Below are positions 56,828-64,000 of a stretch of 64,000 nt of DNA, piece after piece. Within the stretch, counting starts at the first letter, position 1. Each line of letters begins with the position of its first letter. The position numbers were made by a program, and so were the translations under genes. The notes beneath the pieces are model-generated. The model was not told where the DNA came from and searched no databases. It saw only the letters and a program-made list of their open reading frames with translations. The stretch comes from an uncultured virus (IMG/VR IMGVR_UViG_3300031658_000003) (lineage: Duplodnaviria; Heunggongvirae; Uroviricota; Caudoviricetes), in the IMG/VR virus record IMGVR_UViG_3300031658_000003, one strand, 5' to 3'.

Positions 56828-56949
56828 AAAAGAAAATGAGAATCGCCTTAAGTGTAGCAAGACAAATGGATATAGAATCTGCCGGACATGTATTAATGTT
56901 CTCAACATGTTTATCAATAATATTCGTGTCCCTTAGTCAATTAAGTTAG
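56824..56949 (+). CDS. 41-aa possible membrane peptide (not in the ORF track)
   Basis: ATGA overlap with the hsp20 stop; hydrophobic C-terminus. Confidence 0.4.
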   Translation: MKKKMRIALSVARQMDIESAGHVLMFSTCLSIIFVSLSQLS

Positions 56950-56984
56950 ATAAAACCTTATATTATGATTAGGAGTAGCCCGTT

Positions 56985-57368
56985 ATGAGCAAGAAGACCA
57001 ACCCGCAAGACGCAACTGAAGAAAAAAACAAGCCCCATATTTGTGGAGTAAGATTAGTTTCTGGAGAAGACATTGTATGTATCCTTACACTTGAGAAGGA
57101 ACATAATCGTTACATGATGCAGAATCCAGCCATGATATTCTTGAAAGAAATGGAAGATGCAGGCAAGTTCCAGATAGCGTTTAGCCCATACTGTCCCGCG
57201 GCTCATGACGGGCAAATTTCAATTGTCACTGACAAGCTAGTAGGTATGTACGCACCAACCGCAGAGATTGTGGAACAGTACAGAAGTTACTATCGTCACC
57301 CCAATGTCTCCGTCCCCGCAGAAGAACCAGTAAAACCAGCAAATAATACCCCCAAATTCGAAGGATAA
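56985..57368 (+). CDS. Hypothetical protein (Sm-like fold candidate) before gp43
   Basis: VRLVSGEDIV..NPA..FSPY; AGGAG RBS. Confidence 0.6.
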   Translation: MSKKTNPQDATEEKNKPHICGVRLVSGEDIVCILTLEKEHNRYMMQNPAMIFLKEMEDAGKFQIAFSPYCPAAHDGQISIVTDKLVGMYAPTAEIVEQYRSYYRHPNVSVPAEEPVKPANNTPKFEG

Positions 57369-57371
57369 TAC

Positions 57372-57401
57372 TTGACAGGAGTGCCACTTTCATGTTATAA
57401 T
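57372..57401 (+). promoter_or_regulatory. Sigma70 promoter for gp43
   Basis: TTGACA-18-TATAAT with TGn. Confidence 0.8.
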
Positions 57402-57425
57402 GTGTATTCAAATTGAGGGTATTAA

Positions 57426-59933
57426 ATGTCAAGTTTCTATTCATTCGCATGGCAGTACGGCAACAACATCTTAACTCGTGGATTACGCGACGGTAAGAAG
57501 TTTGTCGAGCGCAAGCCATTTCAACCAACATTATATGTCCGCGGTAAAGAAGGTTCTAACCGCGGACTATATGGTGAAATCCTCAAGTCAGTTGACTTTC
57601 CAGATAATAACAGCTGCCGAGAGTTTGTCAAGAAGTACAACGATATTGACAATTATCCTATCTATGGTCAGACAGACCTAACATATCAGTATATCACCCG
57701 AGAGTATCCCGAAGTAGTTGAATTCGACCTCAGCCTCTTGAACATTCAAGCAATTGATATAGAGACTACCGTAGACCATGGCTTTCCCAATGTAGACAAT
57801 CCTCTGGAAGAGATTCTTCTTATCTCCTCTGTCGATAAGAACACCAAGAAAGTTATGACCTGGGGTTCTGGTGAGTGGGACTATGAAGCCCGCAGTGCTG
57901 AAGTCCATGACATTGATGTTGAGTATATCACTTGTGTCGATGAGTATGAACTGCTAGAAAAGTTTATGTCTTGGTGGGTTGCTGAGTATCCAGATATTAT
58001 TACTGGCTGGAATTCTAAGTTCTTTGACGTACCATATCTGGTCAACCGTATTGAGCGCATCTTTGGTAATGACGCTAAGAATGCATTAAGCCCATTCAAT
58101 ATGACCCGAAAGCGCACCATTACTGTTCACCAGCAAGAGAGAACTACCTACGATATCAAAGGTGTTACTCACTTAGATTATCTCGACCTCTATCAGAAGT
58201 TCACATACAATGCACGAGAGTCTTACAAGTTGGACTATATTGCAGAACAAGAACTTGGTAAGAAAAAGCTAGAGAATCCACACGAAACCTTTAAAGAATT
58301 CTATGAGAAAGATTGGAATAAGTTCATCGATTATAACATCATTGATGCCAAGATTGTGGATGAACTTGATGACAAGATGAAGCTGATTGAATTGATCGCC
58401 ACAATGGCGTATGACTCCAAGTGTAACTTTGAAGATATATTTTCATCTGTACGGACTTGGGATTGCTTGCTGTACAATCACCTCCTTGAAAAGAACATAA
58501 TGATTCCTCAGAAGAAATCAGCCGAGCAGACTGGCATCAAAGGTGGTTATGTTCAAGAGCCAGTTCCTGGTAAATACAAATGGGTTGTGTCTGTTGATGC
58601 TACCTCTCTGTATCCATCAATCATTATGCAACACAATCTATCGCCTGAGAAGTTCGTAGATGTCAAACCACTAGATTGCACAGTCGATTCCCTACTGGAA
58701 CGGCGCCATGATACCTCCATGTTGAAAGAAAAGAATCTTTCTATGGCTGCCAATGGCTTTTGTTTCTCTCGTGAATCACAGGGCTTGTTTCCAGAGATCA
58801 CACAGAAGTTTTTCGATGACAGGCAGAAGTATAAAAAGCTGATGAAAGATGCCGAGGTGGAATACGAGAAGACAAAGAATCCTAAGTTGCTGAATGATAT
58901 CTCTAAGTACAACAACTTCCAGATGGCGAGAAAGATTCAGTTGAACTCTCTGTTTGGTGCTATGGGCAATAAGTACTTCAGATATTTCGATGAGCGTATT
59001 GCCGAGGGTATTACCTTGACTGGTCAGTTTATCATCCGAGAGACTGCAAAAGCCCTTGACGTATATCTCAATAAGTTTGTCGGCACTGAAGGTGTTAACT
59101 ACTCTTTCTATTCTGACACTGACTCTTGTTATATCACACTTGATCCTCTGGTAGAAAAGCATATGAAGCATATGTCCAAAGACCAGATAATTAATGCGAT
59201 TGACAAGCTGACCACAGAAAAGCTAGAACCTGCAATCAACAAAGCAATGGCTGACATCTGTAGCTATATGAATGCATATGATGAGAAGATATTCTTTAAG
59301 CGAGAAGTAATCGCTGACACGGGTATCTGGATAGCCAAGAAGCGGTATGCATTGAATGTGTACGACAACGAAGGTGTGCGATACAAAGAACCAAAGTTAA
59401 AGGTTATGGGTTTAGAGATTGTTCGTTCATCTACACCTGCACCAGTTCGCAAGTCTCTCAAAGAAGCCGTCAGGCTGTGTCTTGTGTCTGATGAGAATGA
59501 CTTGCAAGATTTTGTCGAGAAGACATGGCAAGAATTCAAAGGGATGACTCCTGAAGAGATTGCCTTCCCTCGTGGCTGTAACAATCTTTCCAAGTACTCA
59601 TCTTCATCTAATATATATTCTAAAGGTACTCCAATGCATGTTCGTGGCGCATTGATGTTCAATCACCAATTACGTGGTGCTAAATTGACTGGTAAGTACC
59701 AAGAGATTCGTGAGGGTGACAAGATTAAATTCATATATCTCAAAGAGCCAAACATCATCTTTGAGAATGTCATTGGATTCAATGGTAAATTACCTCCTGA
59801 ATTTGACTTGCATCGATACGTGGATTATGATATGATGTTTACTAAAGCATTCATTGAACCAATGAACACAATCACGAGTGGTCTTAATTGGAATGTTCGT
59901 CCAGTCGCATCACTCGCCGGTTTATTTTCTTAA
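57426..59933 (+). CDS. gp43: Family B DNA polymerase gp43
   Basis: DIET, GWNSKFFD, DATSLYPSII, KIQLNSLFG, YSDTDS, KKRYAL. Confidence 0.97.
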   Translation: MSSFYSFAWQYGNNILTRGLRDGKKFVERKPFQPTLYVRGKEGSNRGLYGEILKSVDFPDNNSCREFVKKYNDIDNYPIYGQTDLTYQYITREYPEVVEFDLSLLNIQAIDIETTVDHGFPNVDNPLEEILLISSVDKNTKKVMTWGSGEWDYEARSAEVHDIDVEYITCVDEYELLEKFMSWWVAEYPDIITGWNSKFFDVPYLVNRIERIFGNDAKNALSPFNMTRKRTITVHQQERTTYDIKGVTHLDYLDLYQKFTYNARESYKLDYIAEQELGKKKLENPHETFKEFYEKDWNKFIDYNIIDAKIVDELDDKMKLIELIATMAYDSKCNFEDIFSSVRTWDCLLYNHLLEKNIMIPQKKSAEQTGIKGGYVQEPVPGKYKWVVSVDATSLYPSIIMQHNLSPEKFVDVKPLDCTVDSLLERRHDTSMLKEKNLSMAANGFCFSRESQGLFPEITQKFFDDRQKYKKLMKDAEVEYEKTKNPKLLNDISKYNNFQMARKIQLNSLFGAMGNKYFRYFDERIAEGITLTGQFIIRETAKALDVYLNKFVGTEGVNYSFYSDTDSCYITLDPLVEKHMKHMSKDQIINAIDKLTTEKLEPAINKAMADICSYMNAYDEKIFFKREVIADTGIWIAKKRYALNVYDNEGVRYKEPKLKVMGLEIVRSSTPAPVRKSLKEAVRLCLVSDENDLQDFVEKTWQEFKGMTPEEIAFPRGCNNLSKYSSSSNIYSKGTPMHVRGALMFNHQLRGAKLTGKYQEIREGDKIKFIYLKEPNIIFENVIGFNGKLPPEFDLHRYVDYDMMFTKAFIEPMNTITSGLNWNVRPVASLAGLFS

Positions 59934-59940
59934 AAATAAC

Positions 59941-59969
59941 TTGACAAACCGTTTGATATTAGTTATAAT
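59941..59969 (+). promoter_or_regulatory. Consensus sigma70 promoter
   Basis: TTGACA-17-TATAAT. Confidence 0.85.
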
Positions 59970-59987
59970 GTTCGACAGGAGAATATA

Positions 59988-60428
59988 ATGGAAAAGAAAA
60001 TTCGTAGATTCAGAGTAGAACCTATGTATAAAAAGTCTGTAGTTGAATCAGAGTTTTATACACATTCAGAAGAGAAAGGTGTTATTGAAGTCACTATAGT
60101 ATGGCGAGGTGGCGAATACTGGATTAATATTGAAGATGATAATATCGATGAACTTACTGATATTGATCTAGCAATGAAAAGTCCAGAAGAAGAAGCATTT
60201 GAAGTATCATCGTTTGAAAATTGGGAACTAGATTCTACTTGGGATGGATGTTCGGAAGACCTTTATTTCCACGGGACAGAAGTTGATGAAGAAACATTTA
60301 CAGAAGCCTATGGTGAAAGAGGATGGGATTATCTTGTTGAAGACCAAGGTTGGCAGCCAGATGACTGCGAAATCTGGATTCAGAATGGCGTGAAAATAAC
60401 AGAGGAAGAAACAAATGAGTTTAATTGA
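59988..60428 (+). CDS. Highly acidic hypothetical protein
   Basis: AGGAG RBS, own promoter, Asp/Glu/Trp-rich. Confidence 0.65.
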   Translation: MEKKIRRFRVEPMYKKSVVESEFYTHSEEKGVIEVTIVWRGGEYWINIEDDNIDELTDIDLAMKSPEEEAFEVSSFENWELDSTWDGCSEDLYFHGTEVDEETFTEAYGERGWDYLVEDQGWQPDDCEIWIQNGVKITEEETNEFN

Positions 60429-61476
60429 AAAACTGAAAAACAATTCAACTATCAAAGAGAGTTCCGTACTGACAAAATCCAAATTCTTTGGAGTAAAAGA
60501 TTTAATTCAAACTTCAGTTCCGGCATTGAATGTGGCTCTCAGTGGTAAACTAGATGGTGGATTGACTCCCGGGCTGACAGTATTTGCTGGTCCATCAAAG
60601 CATTTTAAGACAGCATTCGCAATGCTATTAGCTAAGTCTTATCTAGACAAGTATGATGATGGTGTGATTTTGTTTTACGATTCTGAGTTTGGTGCACCAC
60701 AGGGGTACTTCACCAGTTTTGGCATTGACACTGACAGAGTTGTTCATACACCCATTACTGACATTGAACAACTAAAGCATGATGTAATGTCTCAGATGAA
60801 TGGATTCGTTCGAGGTGATCATGTGATGATTATCGTAGACTCTGTTGGTAACTTAGCATCAAAGAAAGAAGTTGATGATGCACTTGATGGTAAGTCTGTT
60901 GCTGATATGACACGAGCCAAACAGATGAAATCTCTGTTCAGAATGATTACACCACATTTGACTATCAAAGATATTCCTGCCATCGTGGTCAATCATACTT
61001 ACATGGAAATTGGTATGTTCCCAAAAGCAGTTGTCTCTGGCGGAACTGGAATTTATTATTCCGCTGACAACATCTTTATCATTGGTCGCCAACAAGAGAA
61101 AACTGGTTCTGATGTTGTTGGTTATAATTTCATCATCAACGTAGAGAAATCAAGATTCGTCCGAGAGAAGTCTAAGATTCCACTTGAAGTTACGTTTGAA
61201 GGTGGAATCAGTAAGTGGTCAGGATTGATAGATATGGCAATTGAATCTGGTCATGTTATCAAACCTTCCAATGGTTGGTATCAGATTGCTAGTGAAGGTG
61301 TTGACGGTAAGAAGTATCGTAGAAAAGAAACTGACTCTAAAGGCTTTTGGATTCCAATTCTCTCTGATAAATCTTTCAATGACTGGATCGAAAAACGGTA
61401 TGTAATCTCAAGTGAAAGCATTATGCATGAAGAAGTGACATCGGATGATGTGGCAGCGGCATATACTGATGAGTAA
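60415..61476 (+). CDS. uvsX: RecA-like recombinase UvsX
   Basis: AGPSKHFKT, FYDSEFG, DSVGNLAS, DMTRAK. Confidence 0.95.
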   Translation: MSLIEKLKNNSTIKESSVLTKSKFFGVKDLIQTSVPALNVALSGKLDGGLTPGLTVFAGPSKHFKTAFAMLLAKSYLDKYDDGVILFYDSEFGAPQGYFTSFGIDTDRVVHTPITDIEQLKHDVMSQMNGFVRGDHVMIIVDSVGNLASKKEVDDALDGKSVADMTRAKQMKSLFRMITPHLTIKDIPAIVVNHTYMEIGMFPKAVVSGGTGIYYSADNIFIIGRQQEKTGSDVVGYNFIINVEKSRFVREKSKIPLEVTFEGGISKWSGLIDMAIESGHVIKPSNGWYQIASEGVDGKKYRRKETDSKGFWIPILSDKSFNDWIEKRYVISSESIMHEEVTSDDVAAAYTDE

Positions 61477-61645
61477 TGGAGGTGTCACCAACAATACATA
61501 TGAATGTGATAAATGTTTGGGTACTATTGTTGACATGCAAGCGGCTTTATGTTTTAATAGTCTAGATAAAGATTTATATCTATGTGAACCCTGCATAGAA
61601 CTAATACGAAAAGAATTTATAGAGGCTGAAAAAGTAAATGGATAA
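61469..61645 (+). CDS. Small zinc-finger-like protein
   Basis: CDKC...CEPC; overlaps both uvsX and gp41. Confidence 0.55.
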   Translation: MSNGGVTNNTYECDKCLGTIVDMQAALCFNSLDKDLYLCEPCIELIRKEFIEAEKVNG

Positions 61646-63047
61646 TATTGAGCAGATTATAATTGCAAACCTTTGCCATGACGAAGAGTATATACGGAAA
61701 GTAATTCCATTTATGAAAGAAGAGTACTTTGGCGAGCCACAAACTCGCCAGGTATTCAATGCTGTCAGTGGGTTTGTAGAAAAATATAATTCTGTTCCAT
61801 CTAAATCTGCATTACTTATTGCACTACAAGATAACCGTGCGGTCACGGAAGACCTATACGGAGAATGTGAGACTCTTATCAATGCGATGCAACCTGAAGC
61901 TGGCATGGAGAAAGCATGGCTATTGGACGAGACAGAGAAATTCTGTAAAGACAAAGCACTATATAATGCCATTATGAAATCTATTCAGATCATTGATGGA
62001 GCCGATAAGAAGTTTGACAAGGGTGCATTGCCAAGTATTCTATCTGAAGCACTTGGTGTGGGTTTTGATAATAATGTGGGTCACGATTATCTAGGAGACA
62101 CTGATAGTCGATACGATTTTTATCACCGCGTAGAAGAAATGATTCCATTCGATCTTGACTACTTCAATCGTATCACGGATGGTGGTCTGAGAAATAAGAC
62201 TCTCAATGTCGCACTGGCTGGAACCGGTGTTGGTAAGTCACTTTTCATGTGTCATATGGCAGCCGCATGTATCGCACAAGGTAAGAATGTGTTGTACATT
62301 ACATGTGAGATGGCAGAAGAACGCATTGCTGAACGAATAGATGCCAACATGATGAACGTAGCTATCGGTGATTTGAAATCTCTTTCCAAGAAGATGTTTG
62401 ATGATAGAGTACAGAAGATAAAAGATAAAGTTGATGGTAGATTAATCATCAAAGAGTATCCAACTGCATCGGCTCATGCTGGTCACTTCAAAGCATTACT
62501 TGATGAGATGAAGCTGAAGCAGAACATGACTCCTGATATTATCTTCATCGATTATCTGAACATCTGTCTGAGCAGTCGATTCGGTGGTAGTTCTAATGCA
62601 AATTCATACACTATCATTAAGAGTATTGCAGAAGAGTTACGTGGTCTTGCTGTTGAGATGAACGTACCAATAGTCACAGCAACCCAGACTACCCGTGGTG
62701 GCTATAACAATAGTGATGTTGAACTGACTGATACATCAGAGTCTTTTGGCTTACCTGCAACCGCTGACCTAATGTTCGCTCTGATATCAACAGAAGAATT
62801 AGAAGCCCAAGGTCACATCATGGTAAAACAGTTGAAGAATCGATATAATAATGCCAATGAGAACAAGAGATTTATGATTGGTGTTGATCGTTCTAAGATG
62901 AGACTGTATGACCTAGAAGAATCATTTCAGCAGAACATCACCGACTCTGGTAACACGGCTGATAAGAATGATAACGGCTACAATGATTCTATTCCAGTCT
63001 TTGACAGAACCTCAAGTGCCGCCGGTTTGGATAAGATAAATTTTTGA
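61638..63047 (+). CDS. gp41: Replicative helicase gp41
   Basis: AGTGVGKS, IIKEYPT, IDYLNI, TATQTTR, SESFGLPATAD, QLKNRY. Confidence 0.95.
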   Translation: MDNIEQIIIANLCHDEEYIRKVIPFMKEEYFGEPQTRQVFNAVSGFVEKYNSVPSKSALLIALQDNRAVTEDLYGECETLINAMQPEAGMEKAWLLDETEKFCKDKALYNAIMKSIQIIDGADKKFDKGALPSILSEALGVGFDNNVGHDYLGDTDSRYDFYHRVEEMIPFDLDYFNRITDGGLRNKTLNVALAGTGVGKSLFMCHMAAACIAQGKNVLYITCEMAEERIAERIDANMMNVAIGDLKSLSKKMFDDRVQKIKDKVDGRLIIKEYPTASAHAGHFKALLDEMKLKQNMTPDIIFIDYLNICLSSRFGGSSNANSYTIIKSIAEELRGLAVEMNVPIVTATQTTRGGYNNSDVELTDTSESFGLPATADLMFALISTEELEAQGHIMVKQLKNRYNNANENKRFMIGVDRSKMRLYDLEESFQQNITDSGNTADKNDNGYNDSIPVFDRTSSAAGLDKINF

Positions 63048-63050
63048 TAG

Positions 63051-63058
63051 TATAAATA
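63051..63058 (+). promoter_or_regulatory. Late promoter
   Basis: TATAAATA before the spanin pair. Confidence 0.8.
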
Positions 63059-63077
63059 CGCTATAGAGGAGACTATT

Positions 63078-63461
63078 ATGAATGGAATTTTTATTGGTAT
63101 AATTGTTGCGATGGGAGTAGGTGGATTTTTCTACTGGGACACTACATCAAAGCAATTGACTGAGTACCAGTCCCAAGTCTTGGCGTATGAAATGAAGTTT
63201 GCTGTCCAAGAAGAGACTATAAATACAATGATAACTCAACATGAAACGCAGACAGAGGCATTGGTTGAAATGCAAACAGCCAATCAAGAGATCATAGCCG
63301 AACGAGACCGGTATCTGGACGTATTTCGTAGACATGACTTAGCAAAACTGGCAAGTGCAAAGCCTGGATTGCTTGAACCCAGAGTGAATAGAGGAACTAA
63401 AGATGTATTCGACAGCCTTGAACAAGATAGTAGTTTCGACTTTAGTCCTGGTACTCCTTAG
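63078..63461 (+). CDS. Inner-membrane spanin (Rz-like)
   Basis: N-terminal TM segment followed by a coiled coil; AKPGLLE..VN. Confidence 0.65.
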   Translation: MNGIFIGIIVAMGVGGFFYWDTTSKQLTEYQSQVLAYEMKFAVQEETINTMITQHETQTEALVEMQTANQEIIAERDRYLDVFRRHDLAKLASAKPGLLEPRVNRGTKDVFDSLEQDSSFDFSPGTP

Positions 63462-63819
63462 TGGATGCTCTTTTCTAAGAGCGCCACCCAGAGAAGTAGA
63501 AATTACAACAGTACAGATACGAACCCCAATTCGACAGCCAGTTTTACCTCGCGCCATCGATATGAAAGATCCAGAATGGTATGTAGTATCCAACGCCAAT
63601 ATTGACGAATTCTTAGAGCGAATAGAGAAAGAAACGGGAGGAGTATTCTTTGCGATGACTCCTGGTGACTACGAACTAATGTCCTATAATCTACAAGAAA
63701 TTAAACGATTTATTAAAGAAGTGAAACAGGTGATTGTATACTACCGCGCTGTAACCCTAGATGATGAAAATGAAACCACAACTACATCAGAAGGGGAAAC
63801 ACAGGATGACAGAGAATAA
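63403..63819 (+). CDS. Outer-membrane lipoprotein spanin (Rz1-like)
   Basis: Signal peptide with lipobox LSGC, Pro-rich region, overlaps the i-spanin. Confidence 0.7.
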   Translation: MYSTALNKIVVSTLVLVLLSGCSFLRAPPREVEITTVQIRTPIRQPVLPRAIDMKDPEWYVVSNANIDEFLERIEKETGGVFFAMTPGDYELMSYNLQEIKRFIKEVKQVIVYYRAVTLDDENETTTTSEGETQDDRE

Positions 63820-64000
63820 CGCAGAAGTAAGCATGACTCGTAAAGAGTATGATGCATTGAAAGCAGAAGCGGCAGGCGATGCTCCTGCAGGTGACGGATC
63901 AGCATATGATACCCGAGGTTTTAAAACAGTTGAGGGTATGGAAGATGCAGATATAAATGACGATGGTCATATATCTATAATGGAAAATAAAATGCACTTA
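63806..64000 (+). CDS. Partial ORF running off the window, EF-hand-like motif
   Basis: MTENNAEVSMTRKEYDALK...DADINDDGHIS; no stop before the window end. Confidence 0.5.
   Translation, partial: MTENNAEVSMTRKEYDALKAEAAGDAPAGDGSAYDTRGFKTVEGMEDADINDDGHISIMENKMHL

Noticed and set aside
24417..63047. Introns, inteins or homing endonucleases in gp17, gp43, gp41, uvsW
   Set aside because: ORFs are uninterrupted and of ordinary length; no LAGLIDADG, HNH or GIY-YIG motifs seen
1..64000. tRNA genes, CRISPR arrays, alternative genetic code
   Set aside because: No cloverleaf or spaced repeat array seen by eye (tRNAscan not run); core genes are intact under code 11 and use all three stop codons

Overview
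64 kb of a T4-like (Tevenvirinae/Kyanoviridae-type architecture) myophage genome. The host is probably an aquatic Gram-negative heterotroph: there is a spanin pair and a proteobacterial-type IscU, and no photosynthesis genes in the window. Gene order: baseplate/tail genes (gp7 partial, gp8, DUF4815/VrlC-like, fibre-like proteins); a glycosyltransferase/oxygenase/methyltransferase island containing the only credible minus-strand genes; neck-terminase-tail-head module gp13-gp23; gp3, uvsY, uvsW, gp55, gp47/46; def-iscU-clpP and cobT/cobS-like genes; replication genes gp45, 44, 62, regA, 43, uvsX, 41 with inserted accessory genes; spanins. Many TATAAATA late promoters and near-consensus sigma70 promoters are visible. 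Most notable: (1) a terminator-capped structured RNA at 49.94-50.02 kb whose loop is complementary to the unusual GAGAGAGG ribosome-binding sites of the cobT/cobS-like genes; (2) a candidate virion-glycosylation island beside a Tyr-x-Gly-x repeat protein, including a glycosyltransferase fused to a degenerate radical-SAM/SPASM domain; (3) a three-hairpin switch-like leader on hsp20; (4) an ATT start for gp47; (5) an antisense sigma70 promoter just before gp55. All calls come from motif recognition and synteny by eye; no searches or folding programs were run.
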